This document shows, in pieces, positions 42,160 to 52,080 of a DNA stretch of 64,000 bases. The notes under the pieces are model-generated. The model saw nothing but the letters and a program-made list of their open reading frames with translations. It had not been told where the DNA came from and did not search any database. The DNA comes from Parcubacteria group bacterium M6-OD1-3 (lineage in GTDB: Bacteria > Patescibacteriota > Minisyncoccia > Moranbacterales > UBA9337). The stretch is taken from contig LSNR01000002.1 of assembly GCA_003056165.1 (NCBI GenBank), forward strand, positions 2,726-66,725, written 5' to 3'. The first letter of the stretch is position 1. Each line of letters opens with the position of its first letter. Made by a program: the position numbers and the translations under genes.

Positions 42160-42602
42160 ATGCAACACTATTTTCTTTCTAAAACAAAAATTCCAGAAAA
42201 CTTACCAGCAGAAATGCAAGATGCAATCAACAACTTAAAGCAATCTACTGACCAAAAAAATGTCTACACAAAGCCTACAAACTAATGACTACTAAATACA
42301 GAGGCTATCGACTTAAAACATATCTTAATTTTTTTCAAATTTTTATATTTGATATTACAAAGCTATGGAATAGAACAGGATTTATTCATTGTCATAACGC
42401 CAACTATTTAATGAGAATATTATTGGTAAAAAGCGGTTTTTTTAAAAATAGCGATATTCAAAATAAATGGACACTGGTGTGGTATTTTTCTCCACATCAA
42501 TATCTACAAATAAAATTAAATAATGGCAGTACTATAAATATTGATATTTGGGGAAGTGCTTATGGAGTTAAATTTGGTAATTATGCGCATGGCATTCATT
42601 AA
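42160..42602 (+). pseudogene. Transglutaminase-like (Cys-His-Asp) protein with a frameshift in an A7 run
   Basis: MQHYFLSKTKIPENLP...STDQK then shifted CLHKAYKLMTTKY...HCHNANY...PHQYL...IDIW. Confidence 0.55.
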
Positions 42603-42640
42603 AGTTTTTTCAATTCCGTCTCCAAAACCTTTTTTCCATC
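42593..42640. repeat. 48-bp direct repeat, left island boundary
   Basis: cattcattaaagttttttcaattccgtctccaaaaccttttttccatc, identical to 52773-52820. Confidence 0.92.
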
Positions 42641-42685
42641 TTCAGTGAATAGAAATTTAATAAAAAAAACCAATTTAGTAAAAAA

Positions 42686-43429
42686 CTAGCATTTCCTCCA
42701 AATAAATTTTAAAAAATTCATTTGCAATTTTGCCATTTCTCTATTTTCAATCACTACGCCAACAAAATTTGTTAAAGATATCATAGCAACTTTATCTCCA
42801 GAAACCAATAAATCTACATCAAACAAAAAATCTTTTGGCAATAATTTTGACTTACCTATATTATCAACAATGCCATTTTCAACATAACGCTTACCCTCCT
42901 TAGTATTCTCAACTAAGTCTCTTAACTCTCCGCCACTTTCATAAATATTTTTTAAAAATTCTCCACCATCTTTTTCACTAAATACAGTATAATATCTGTC
43001 GGCAGAAAAAATACTCCATAATCTTTTTGGTGTTTTAGTCATTTCCCGATAAATTGAGCGCATTCCTTCCTTACCTTCGTAAAATTTTACAGTTGGCTTC
43101 TTAGATGAAGTGTTATGCAAATCGACAAGCAATGGCAAAATCTCTTTCGCCTTTCTTTTTCTTTTTTCCAAAATGGTTAAAATCTTTTTAGGATTTTGTG
43201 GTATATAGTAAATGCGCTTTCCTTTAAAAGTTTTCTGCAGTAAGTCTTGTTTAAGCAATTTATCTACATAAATATACAATGCTGTTCTAATTATGTTAGA
43301 CTCGCGTGCAATTTCCGTGATATTAGCCACACCCAATCTCAACACGGCCAAATACACTTTGGCCTCATTTTTAGAAAAACCAAGTTCTCTCAGAATTTTC
43401 TCAATTTTTTGCTTATTTTCCATATACAT
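42686..43429 (-). CDS. TrmB family transcriptional regulator
   Basis: LGFSKNEAKVYLAVL, RTALY HTH, VKFYEGKEG, DKVAMIS. Confidence 0.9.
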   Translation of the reverse strand: MYMENKQKIEKILRELGFSKNEAKVYLAVLRLGVANITEIARESNIIRTALYIYVDKLLKQDLLQKTFKGKRIYYIPQNPKKILTILEKRKRKAKEILPLLVDLHNTSSKKPTVKFYEGKEGMRSIYREMTKTPKRLWSIFSADRYYTVFSEKDGGEFLKNIYESGGELRDLVENTKEGKRYVENGIVDNIGKSKLLPKDFLFDVDLLVSGDKVAMISLTNFVGVVIENREMAKLQMNFLKFIWRKC

Positions 43430-43516
43430 TTATTATGATTTTATGAAAATCTAACTATCATAAAAATTTATAAACTATTTTTATACTAATTAGGTTTTAC
43501 CTTATACTAAAAACTT

Positions 43517-43544
43517 AAAAGTGTCAACTTCTTTTGACACTTTT
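43517..43544. promoter_or_regulatory. Palindromic operator candidate in the divergent TrmB/phosphatase spacer
   Basis: aaaagtgtcaa-N6-ttgacactttt; a further TTGACA at 43595 and TATAAAT at 43620. Confidence 0.55.
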
Positions 43545-43707
43545 TTTAAAAAATAAACAGAATTGGGCTTAAAATAAGCGTTTTTACTAAAAATTTGACA
43601 ATAAAATTGTAAAAATTTGTATAAATTGTAGTATTCTAGTAGTTCATTGCATTCAAAAGCGCGAACGACGAATATCGTTTGAGCGCCAAAACCCGGGAGG
43701 TGGGAAA

Positions 43708-44310
43708 ATGAAGATAATCATTATCCGTCATGGTGTGGCGGAAAAAAGATTGAGCGGACAGGACGATTTGGATCGTCCTTTGATGAAAAATTGCGAGGAG
43801 TTTATCCCTCGACTCGGCGAATTTGATGCCGTTTTCTCTTCGCCGGCTCGCCGGTGTATTGAAACGGCAAAACTGGCGAGCGGACAAAACCCTATCGTTA
43901 TCAATTCTCTTTCCACTCATTTGTGGAATGTAAAAGTTGATAATGTTGAGGGTTGGGAACTAATTGAAAAATGTTACTATCTTCCGGATGGTAGCATGGC
44001 AGAAATTCCGCTCACTATGGCGTGGAAAAATATCTCTGCGCCGAAACAATCAGAAGCATGGAGACTTATTACCGGCGAGGCAATAAGTAAAATGTTTCAT
44101 GGCTACGGAATTGCGTGGAATCGCGTGCTTATTTGCATGCATCAATTCCACGCCCAAATGCTGGCGATTCGCCTGTTGGGCGAAAATCAGCCGGCAGTTG
44201 AAAAGTTTATTCGGGAAATGTATCTCCCTCCCGGAGGAACGATTCCATTAGAAGTTTTCCCCCTAGTGATTCGACCATCCAGAGGAAGAAATGGAGGAAT
44301 TTTTTTCTAG
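43708..44310 (+). CDS. Histidine phosphatase superfamily protein
   Basis: IIRHG, FSSPARRCIETA, ICMH. Confidence 0.85.
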   Translation: MKIIIIRHGVAEKRLSGQDDLDRPLMKNCEEFIPRLGEFDAVFSSPARRCIETAKLASGQNPIVINSLSTHLWNVKVDNVEGWELIEKCYYLPDGSMAEIPLTMAWKNISAPKQSEAWRLITGEAISKMFHGYGIAWNRVLICMHQFHAQMLAIRLLGENQPAVEKFIREMYLPPGGTIPLEVFPLVIRPSRGRNGGIFF

Positions 44311-44318
44311 GTTTTTGG

Positions 44319-44355
44319 CCATTATCTCGTTATGGCTAAACGAGATAATGGTTTT
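44319..44355 (+). terminator. Intrinsic terminator
   Basis: ccattatctcgtt ... aacgagataatgg followed by tttt. Confidence 0.7.
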
Positions 44356-44425
44356 CTTATAAAGTTTTCAAATTTAATTTGAAATTTTTTAAGGAAAGAC
44401 TATTTTAATAATTTAAAGCAAAAAT

Positions 44426-45817
44426 ATGGTTAAAAATAAAAATAAAAAAACCTCTTGGATTGACGACTATGCCAAAGCGGTAAAAGACTTTACTTATGAT
44501 CATGACCCGAATTCTCATCAACCTTTTGACGCCTTTTATTTCTATCCTTACTACTTTGATTTATGGTTGGATAAAATTTATCGCGCGATTGTTTTAATTA
44601 AAAGCAATGGAATTAACGATAAGGAAATTTTTTCCAAAATACCATCCCCTTCTTCTTTACGATTTGTATTTTACACAATCGTTAATATGACAGCTTATCT
44701 CAAATATCCAAAAACAAAATCTCGTGTTATTATTGATTTTTTCTTTAAATGTCTATCTAGTCAATCAAAAGATAATAATGTTTTTCATCAAGAAAGAATT
44801 TTGCTTAGAAGCAACGCAGAACTTAAAAAAATATTAACCGGCACCAAAAAAATAAAAACAAAATCCGAACAGCAATTAATTTCCAGATTGATCGGAACAT
44901 TATTGATGTATAATCACATTCTTTACAATGATTATTCAACTGACTATGGTTGCTGGATAGAGGGACCCTATAAAGTTGGTAATCGGATAATTTTAATTAG
45001 AAATTATCCGGATTTGTCGCCTAAAAATTTATGGCCGGAGTTGGAAAATCAATTCTTGAAAGACAAAAAGATTATAACCGTCTACAAAAATATTCCAATC
45101 AAAATGCAATATATGTCCAGCCACTTAGTTGCTAAAAATAATTATCAAAACAATCTTATCGCTTATCAAATATTCTCTAACGGCAAACCGCTCAATGATC
45201 TTTCCAGTTTGGACCAACTTATTAAAGACATTGCCAAGACAACCAGTCAACTGTACGAAAAAGTACGAAAAAAGAATATGACTGAAATTAAGGAACTTTT
45301 TTTACGACAGCAAGGATATGAACTAAAATGGCTATTTGATTTGGCTGGACTGGACTGGCGACCGGGCAACAAAAGACTTAAGCGAGCACAAAAAAGTAGA
45401 GTCCGCCGAAAAATTACTCCCGCCAGTAAACCGAAAACTCAAGAAGAATATGAATCACACATAGGAATTGATTTTTTGAGAAAATTATTTCAAAAAGATA
45501 TTACTCTTTATGGAAAAATAGCCAATAAAGGATTTGCTATCGGTAAAACGAAAATCGTTAAAACGCCAAAAGATTTTCGTTCATTTAAAATGGGTGATAT
45601 TTTGGTAACAACAATTACCAACCCCTCTTTTGTTGGCATCATTTCCAAAGCTGCCGCCATTATTACGGAACTAGGTGGCATCACTTCTCACCCGGCAATC
45701 ATTTCCCGAGAATTTAATTTGCCTTGTTTAGTTGGAGTCAAAAACGCCACCAAAAAATTAACTGATGGCGAATATATAGAAGTCAACGCTTACAAAGGGA
45801 AAGTCAAAGTTTTATAA
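44426..45817 (+). CDS. Unknown N-terminal domain fused to a PEP-utiliser phosphohistidine swivel domain
   Basis: C-terminal GDILVT..T.P...AAIITELGGITSHPAIISREFNLPCLVG. Confidence 0.85.
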   Translation: MVKNKNKKTSWIDDYAKAVKDFTYDHDPNSHQPFDAFYFYPYYFDLWLDKIYRAIVLIKSNGINDKEIFSKIPSPSSLRFVFYTIVNMTAYLKYPKTKSRVIIDFFFKCLSSQSKDNNVFHQERILLRSNAELKKILTGTKKIKTKSEQQLISRLIGTLLMYNHILYNDYSTDYGCWIEGPYKVGNRIILIRNYPDLSPKNLWPELENQFLKDKKIITVYKNIPIKMQYMSSHLVAKNNYQNNLIAYQIFSNGKPLNDLSSLDQLIKDIAKTTSQLYEKVRKKNMTEIKELFLRQQGYELKWLFDLAGLDWRPGNKRLKRAQKSRVRRKITPASKPKTQEEYESHIGIDFLRKLFQKDITLYGKIANKGFAIGKTKIVKTPKDFRSFKMGDILVTTITNPSFVGIISKAAAIITELGGITSHPAIISREFNLPCLVGVKNATKKLTDGEYIEVNAYKGKVKVL

Positions 45818-45898
45818 TAATTACGAAATTTCAATAAAAAAAGCCTTGCCTCACATAAACTGTGTAAAGCAAGACTGAAATAATCTTAGACTTGGAAA

Positions 45899-46549
45899 CT
45901 ACAACGATAACTCAAAGCCGTCGTTGTAACCCTCGGAAACATTTTCCATTCCCATTTCTTTTCCGAAGTTATAAACACATTCACCATGGGTGATCACCCA
46001 GGCAATTGTGTCATCTTCTGCTCGTTTGAGCATTTCATAAATCTCAGTAATTACAAGACTCATTCTTTTGGCAATATGTTCGGGACCCTCCGCCCCAAAC
46101 CTCAATCGCTCCTCACGATATTGATCGGTCGAAAAAGCCTTCCAGAAATCCGCTCCCTGCCCCACACACTTTTTGCGGAGAAACTCAGCGAACGAAGTTT
46201 GGAACATAAGTGCCTCGCCCAGCCGGAAATCCAACCGAACATCAATAACGTTTCCGTTAGCATCCCGAATCTCCTCGGCAATTATTTTTGCCGTTTCATA
46301 AGCTCTTTGCCCCAATGTCGGGTCATCAAGCCAATAGGTTGGCGAGTACACGATTAGAAAATTCGTCGCTGGCACCATGTCAACCTCGGTAGATAGACGC
46401 AACAAGGTTTTAATCTTAACACCCTCAACACCCTTCGGAGTCAAACGACCCAATGTCGCCTGCTCCTCTGGAGTTGCGTTTCCTATGCCACCCTCCGGCC
46501 AACTGGAATCGTAGCGACCGTGTCGCTGGATAATAATTTTCTTCATCAC
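45899..46549 (-). CDS. Histidine phosphatase superfamily protein
   Basis: IQRHG, LTPKG, YSP..RAYETA, RLGE, ITHG; SD AAGGAGGT. Confidence 0.82.
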   Translation of the reverse strand: MMKKIIIQRHGRYDSSWPEGGIGNATPEEQATLGRLTPKGVEGVKIKTLLRLSTEVDMVPATNFLIVYSPTYWLDDPTLGQRAYETAKIIAEEIRDANGNVIDVRLDFRLGEALMFQTSFAEFLRKKCVGQGADFWKAFSTDQYREERLRFGAEGPEHIAKRMSLVITEIYEMLKRAEDDTIAWVITHGECVYNFGKEMGMENVSEGYNDGFELSL

Positions 46550-46659
46550 TATACCTCCTTTGTATCGTGATGTTTTTTCAAATTAAGCAAACTATATTAT
46601 TATATAGTTTACCTCCACTGACATTTCACTATCACATAAATGCAAAATAAAGTCAATAG

Positions 46660-47775
46660 CTATATAGTTTTTAAATCAAAATCAGTCAAATCAGGTGTCA
46701 TTACTTTTGCTTTTAATTCATCCGGCAAATACCAAACAAAGAAATAAAATGTTCCTGCATGTCCTGTTGGCTCGTCAATAAATTTAATCCCTTGCTTCTT
46801 TAATAATTTTTTCATTTTAACTTGAATTTCGCCGAGCCAGAGCGGAAGTAATACCGGGTCAATCATTCCCATCACATCTTTATACATTGCCAAGTTTTTT
46901 ACTTGCTCATAAGATAAAACGAATAATTCATATTCTTTTTTATTAAGTTTTTTCTTTGCTTCAAACTTTATTCTTCTTATTTTTTTCTTCATCAAAGCAT
47001 GTCTTTCTATCAACTTTTTGTTTCCCTTCCTAAACTCAACCGCATGAGTTAAAGCGTTATAAATAAGAGTTCTGTCACCACCTCGCATTTTAGTTTGCTC
47101 TATGGGAGTAAGAAGTAGCTTCTCTTTTAATACTTTAAAATCCTTTCGTTGAATAATATTATAAACTTTATCCCAAATCAAATTTATTTTCTTTTCATTT
47201 TTATCGACATTCTCATCTATCAAAATAATCGCTCTATTTAATAATTTTTTTATTTCAGGATCCTTAGATAAAATTTCTAAAATCTTTTGTCCGCCAAAAG
47301 AATCCAATAAATACAAGTCTGCATAATCTGTTTGTATTAAATCTCGTTGCAAAGAAGAAATCTTTTCCTCAAAATCTTCTGCGTCATTTCCAACATCAAC
47401 AATTTTGTATATAAGTCTTTTTAAATTGCTTATGAAAAACTCATGTAAAGGTCCATCAGAAAATAAATAATTAACTATCCAAAAACGATAGCAAATTAAT
47501 TTATTAAACCTTTGGTCTATACTAACTAAAAATTCCAGATCATTTTTATCACCGTTACCATAGTCTTTTTTGATTTTTGCAAAACCAACAAGTAATTCTT
47601 TTTGCGCCCAATCACCATATTTTCTAAATTTTTTTGGATTGTCAAAAACATTCTTAACAACACTTTCGTAATAAGAAATTATTGGAGGAAATTTATATGG
47701 ATAAAAACGCAAAAAACCTTCCAAATCGTTTGAAAGTGTTTGTGGAAATTTTAAGTATTTCTTATCAATCTTCAT
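46660..47775 (-). CDS. Hypothetical all-helical protein, translationally coupled to the upstream GHKL fusion
   Basis: Likely start MKIDKK at 47775 overlaps the stop of 47765-49045; no family recognised. Confidence 0.7.
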   Translation of the reverse strand: MKIDKKYLKFPQTLSNDLEGFLRFYPYKFPPIISYYESVVKNVFDNPKKFRKYGDWAQKELLVGFAKIKKDYGNGDKNDLEFLVSIDQRFNKLICYRFWIVNYLFSDGPLHEFFISNLKRLIYKIVDVGNDAEDFEEKISSLQRDLIQTDYADLYLLDSFGGQKILEILSKDPEIKKLLNRAIILIDENVDKNEKKINLIWDKVYNIIQRKDFKVLKEKLLLTPIEQTKMRGGDRTLIYNALTHAVEFRKGNKKLIERHALMKKKIRRIKFEAKKKLNKKEYELFVLSYEQVKNLAMYKDVMGMIDPVLLPLWLGEIQVKMKKLLKKQGIKFIDEPTGHAGTFYFFVWYLPDELKAKVMTPDLTDFDLKTI

Positions 47776-49045
47776 AAGTATAAATATTACCATTATCCCC
47801 ATCCAAAATAACTTTCTGTCCATCTTTTAAAACAATTGTTGCATTTTGAGTCCCAACTACGGCGGGAATATTAAATTCCCTTGACATAATGGCCGCATGG
47901 CACAAACTTCCTCCCAAGTCAGTGATAATTCCTTTAGATCTTTTTATTCCCAGTAAAAAAGGAGGTCTGGTCATCTTGGTAACAAGAATATCGCCTCTTT
48001 TTATTTTTGCCAATTCTTTACTCAAGCTTCCTGACATATTCATATCAATAATTCGAACAACACCGCTAACTTTTCCTCCTGAGGCTGAATACCCTGCCAA
48101 AACTCTTCTTGGCTTTCTTTCAAATTTCTTAAAATATATTCTCATTGCTTTTTCCAACGCCTGATATTCTATTGAAGATTGCAACCAACCTTTCTTATCG
48201 TGAGTAATTGGAATTCCTTCTATGTGCAGTTCTCCTATTATTTGCCGAATATCTTGATTTGGAGTAAGTCCAGTTTTATCATAGGTAGTCACAAGTCTTC
48301 CTCGTCTAAATGTGCTAAAACCATAATAACTTTTATTTAACCCAACCAATTGATACCCCCACCAACCAACGGCTTTACCTCCCTTAAATTTAATATTTAT
48401 TTTATTTTTCTTATCTTCAAGCAGCGTCGACTCGTAAGACTTACAATGACTTTTGTTAAAAATAATATCCACTTCCTTGTTGTTTATAAAAGGACCAAAC
48501 CTTGCTCCAAATTCAGTATTGATATTTTGCAATAATTTATCAGAAAATTTTACCTTTAGCTTTTTGATCACAACCACCGTGCCACTTGTTTTTTTATTTA
48601 CACCATTTTCAATATAAAATGGATATTCATTCCAATCTCCATTCTTCAACCAATCATCTTCACTGTATTTAATAATATATCTTTTATTAGAATTAATTTG
48701 AGTTGTATTTAATTCAAAAACCTTACCCAAAAATGATGTAGCTGTTTTTAATCCTAAGCCAAATTCTCCAAGTTTATTTTTCTTACTGGAAAATCCAAGT
48801 CTAATTGCTCTAGCGGACTCAATTTCACTCATTCCTCTTCCATTATCTATCACCTCAATTTTTTGAGGAGTTATGTTTATTTTTACTATCAATTTTTTAT
48901 TCGGTAAACGGGCGTCAATTGCATTATCAATAAGTTCAGATAAAGCTTCTTGAATAGAATATCCGGTCTGACTTATTTTTGTCAAAATACTCCTATGTGG
49001 AGTTATCTCAATAAACTTTTTCTCTATTTTTTTCGCCTTTTTCAT
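47765..49045 (-). CDS. GHKL (MORC/MutL-like) ATPase fused to a phosphohistidine swivel domain
   Basis: ELIDNAIDA, DNGRGM, GEFGLGLK, SGTVVVI; C-terminal ITDLGGSLCHAAIMSREFNIPAVVG. Confidence 0.85.
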   Translation of the reverse strand: MKKAKKIEKKFIEITPHRSILTKISQTGYSIQEALSELIDNAIDARLPNKKLIVKINITPQKIEVIDNGRGMSEIESARAIRLGFSSKKNKLGEFGLGLKTATSFLGKVFELNTTQINSNKRYIIKYSEDDWLKNGDWNEYPFYIENGVNKKTSGTVVVIKKLKVKFSDKLLQNINTEFGARFGPFINNKEVDIIFNKSHCKSYESTLLEDKKNKINIKFKGGKAVGWWGYQLVGLNKSYYGFSTFRRGRLVTTYDKTGLTPNQDIRQIIGELHIEGIPITHDKKGWLQSSIEYQALEKAMRIYFKKFERKPRRVLAGYSASGGKVSGVVRIIDMNMSGSLSKELAKIKRGDILVTKMTRPPFLLGIKRSKGIITDLGGSLCHAAIMSREFNIPAVVGTQNATIVLKDGQKVILDGDNGNIYTYED

Positions 49046-49266
49046 TCCAAAATATTTTAAATTTTAAGTAATTTCAAAAATTCTACCATTAATTTCTATT
49101 ATTAACATATCTTTTTTATTATTCTCAGTCAAGTATCTGTACACGGTGTGTTTCATCTTATTTAGTATTATCATTGTCATGTTAATTACATTTAAAAATG
49201 TCATACCATTTATCAAATAGAAATGTCATGCTTTGAAAAATTTATTGATTTTTCAAATTTTAAAAA

Positions 49267-49300
49267 GTGGTCAAATTATGCACGTGCATAATTTGACCAC
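49267..49300. repeat. 34-bp perfect palindrome
   Basis: gtggtcaaattatgcac|gtgcataatttgaccac. Confidence 0.85.
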
Positions 49301-49334
49301 GGTCGAAAATTTATTTAATTTCTTTTGAAAAGTA

Positions 49335-51059
49335 TTATTTTGCTTTCTCCAAAATCCTCACAACGCCATTATCCGCATCAACTTCAACCAAATCACCGTC
49401 TTCCAAAACTTGTGTGGCAATTTTTGTTCCGATGATACACGGTTTTTTTAATTCACGAGCCACAATGGCAGCGTGACTTGTGATTCCTCCTTCATCTGTA
49501 ATAATTGCTTTAGCTTTTCTCATTAAGGGCATAAATTCTGGTCTTGTCATAGATGTAACTAAAATATCCCCTTTTTTGAATTTATTAAATTCTGAAAGTC
49601 TTAACACTGTTTTTACTTTACCTTCAATATCTCCTTTATATGCAACTTGCCCCATAAGCGATTCTTCGTCTCTTTTACAAGATTTAATATATTTTTCTTC
49701 CATTTTTTTCTTTATATCTTCAAAATTCTTATATTCAAATTCTGTAGAACCATCATAATTATGCAGAAATAAAACCCCTTCTTGTCTACTAATAATCTCC
49801 TCTTTTATTTTCTCTAAATAGTTTTTTCCTTTCAAAAACTCCTCAAAGGCACAATAATAAATTAATTCATTATTTAATCCAATTTCTCTAAAAAATCTTT
49901 CCCCAACTTTAAAGTTGATTACAATTCCCTTTCCCATAACATCTTTTTTCTTATCTCTTAAAACAAGAATTGTTTGTATATAATCGACTAATTGTTTTTC
50001 TTCTTTGTTTAATGAATCTCTCCAATTCTTAAAAGATTCTTTTGTTTCTTTGTATTCCAATTCTTCTTTTTTAAGTTCTTTAGATGCCATCTTATGATTC
50101 CTTAAGTATTCTGAGTAATCTTTCTTTATATTTTCTTCCATGTCTTTTATTGATTTTATTTCTATATATCCAGAGTAAGCATATTGCATCTCTTCAGCCA
50201 TATCCTTTACGTTTCTTAAATTTAATATTAAGTTTAGGATTTTTTTATGCCTTCTTTTATCAAAAGAATCCTCTGTTGGTATAATTGCTTTATCCCAGAC
50301 ATTTTCAACAACTTCAGGCTTTAAATCTAAATTGTGTTTATTAATAAATTCAAAGACAAGTTCCTTATCAAATTGTGTTGAGAACCATGCCGTGCAATTA
50401 TATTCCCTTACTAAACTAATTAGTCTTTCTAATTTTTTAATAATTTCTTCTTCTTTATAAGATTCTATATTTTTGTAAGACAAATCAAAATAAATTCCAT
50501 TTATCTCCTCCTCTAAAGTCTCTAAATATGAGATAGTTTTAGATAGTATTTTGTTATCTCTCATATACTTTACAAAAAAGTTTTCTGAAATCATATTATA
50601 CCTAGTTTCAGACATCAAAACAAAAGCTTTACCTTTTTTCATTGCTATAAGAAATTTTATATTTAAATCTTTAACTTTTCTGCCGAAATTAGGGGTAAAT
50701 CCTCCTGCTCCTGCAGCTAAAATTGAAACAGGAACTAAAGGATAAAAAACATCTCTTTCAAATCCTTTCATAAATTTACCTAAAAGTGTCTTGTGTTTTT
50801 GGATTATGCCACTAAGAGTCGTTATCGGTCTACTTTGCGTGATATAAAATTTTCCATTTTCTTGAGCCCATTCTATATCCTGCGGAAGTCCGTAATGGTC
50901 TTCTATTTTTTTAACAAGTTTCGCCAATTCTAAAATCTCTTTATCTGATAAAACTTGCTCTTGACCTTTTTCACCCAACTTCAACCACTCATTACCACCA
51001 CCATCTTTACGATAAAGTCCCCTGTCCTGCTCACTAATATTTTTTTCTAAAATTTTCAT
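49335..51059 (-). CDS. C-terminal part of a dikinase-like protein: end of ATP-grasp, helical middle domain, His swivel domain
   Basis: PQDIEWA...ITQSRPITT; ITDEGGITSHAAIVARE; no pyruvate-binding TIM barrel. Confidence 0.85.
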   Translation of the reverse strand: MKILEKNISEQDRGLYRKDGGGNEWLKLGEKGQEQVLSDKEILELAKLVKKIEDHYGLPQDIEWAQENGKFYITQSRPITTLSGIIQKHKTLLGKFMKGFERDVFYPLVPVSILAAGAGGFTPNFGRKVKDLNIKFLIAMKKGKAFVLMSETRYNMISENFFVKYMRDNKILSKTISYLETLEEEINGIYFDLSYKNIESYKEEEIIKKLERLISLVREYNCTAWFSTQFDKELVFEFINKHNLDLKPEVVENVWDKAIIPTEDSFDKRRHKKILNLILNLRNVKDMAEEMQYAYSGYIEIKSIKDMEENIKKDYSEYLRNHKMASKELKKEELEYKETKESFKNWRDSLNKEEKQLVDYIQTILVLRDKKKDVMGKGIVINFKVGERFFREIGLNNELIYYCAFEEFLKGKNYLEKIKEEIISRQEGVLFLHNYDGSTEFEYKNFEDIKKKMEEKYIKSCKRDEESLMGQVAYKGDIEGKVKTVLRLSEFNKFKKGDILVTSMTRPEFMPLMRKAKAIITDEGGITSHAAIVARELKKPCIIGTKIATQVLEDGDLVEVDADNGVVRILEKAK

Positions 51060-51061
51060 AA

Positions 51062-52054
51062 TTATTTCTTTAACAACAACAAAAGCAAGCCGACAATTCG
51101 GTCTTTGTCTTTTGGTTTTGATTCTACTACCAAAAGAGTGATAGCAGTCAATGCTTCTGGAGTAATTTTATGTCTAAACTTTATGCCAACTTTTTGCAAA
51201 AACCAAATAAAAGCAAACGCTCCTGTTCGTTTGTTACCGTCGGTGAATGGATGATTTTTAACTACAAAATATAATAAGTGAATTGCTTTTTCTTCTACGG
51301 TTAAATAAACATCTTGACCAAAAACTGCCTGCAAAACATTTCCTAAAATTCCCTCTAAAGTTTTTTGTTTTTTCTCTTGGGCAAATAATTCTGTTGCTTG
51401 TTTTTTCTTAATTAGTTCTTTTTTGAATTTTGCCACTGCTTCATATAATTCATCAGCTTGAATTTTCACTTTCTTTTTAGTGCTTCCTTTAATCGGAAAT
51501 TTATCTTCATCATAAGATTCTAAAGATAACCACGCCCCGGAAAAAGATTTTATCAATTCTAAAATATCAGCAGTTTTTACTGCATTATTTTCGGGTAATA
51601 ATTTTTTGACATCATCAACTGCTTTGATGAATTTATCGTAATTTTTCCCGATGATTTCCGGATTCATATTATAACCTTGATAAATATATTGCCTTAATAT
51701 TCTATTTGACCATTTTCTAAATTTTACGGCTTGAGCTGAATTAGTACGATAACCAACTGCTAAAATAATATCCAAATTATAGAATTCAACTTGTCGTTTT
51801 ATTTCCCTTTTTCCCTCTTTTTGAACTTGTGCAAAAATTGCACTAGTTGAATTTTTATCAACCTCCTTATCTTTAAAAATATTTTTAATATGCTTAGTTG
51901 TCACAGAACGCTCTATTCCAAAAACCTCCGCAATTTGTTTTTGCGTCGCCCAAATAGTTTCATTACCAAAATCACCCCGTAATTCAATTCCGCCGTTTTT
52001 TGCTTGATAAATTACCAAGTTTTTATTTAATTTTACAATCTTTTTCTGAACCAT
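51062..52054 (-). CDS. RhuM-like N-terminal domain / Fic-DOC protein
   Basis: ETIWATQKQIAEVF, YNLDIILAVGYRTNS, HPFTDGNKRTG. Confidence 0.9.
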   Translation of the reverse strand: MVQKKIVKLNKNLVIYQAKNGGIELRGDFGNETIWATQKQIAEVFGIERSVTTKHIKNIFKDKEVDKNSTSAIFAQVQKEGKREIKRQVEFYNLDIILAVGYRTNSAQAVKFRKWSNRILRQYIYQGYNMNPEIIGKNYDKFIKAVDDVKKLLPENNAVKTADILELIKSFSGAWLSLESYDEDKFPIKGSTKKKVKIQADELYEAVAKFKKELIKKKQATELFAQEKKQKTLEGILGNVLQAVFGQDVYLTVEEKAIHLLYFVVKNHPFTDGNKRTGAFAFIWFLQKVGIKFRHKITPEALTAITLLVVESKPKDKDRIVGLLLLLLKK

Positions 52055-52080
52055 ATTATTAACTCACTTTAATTAACTTT

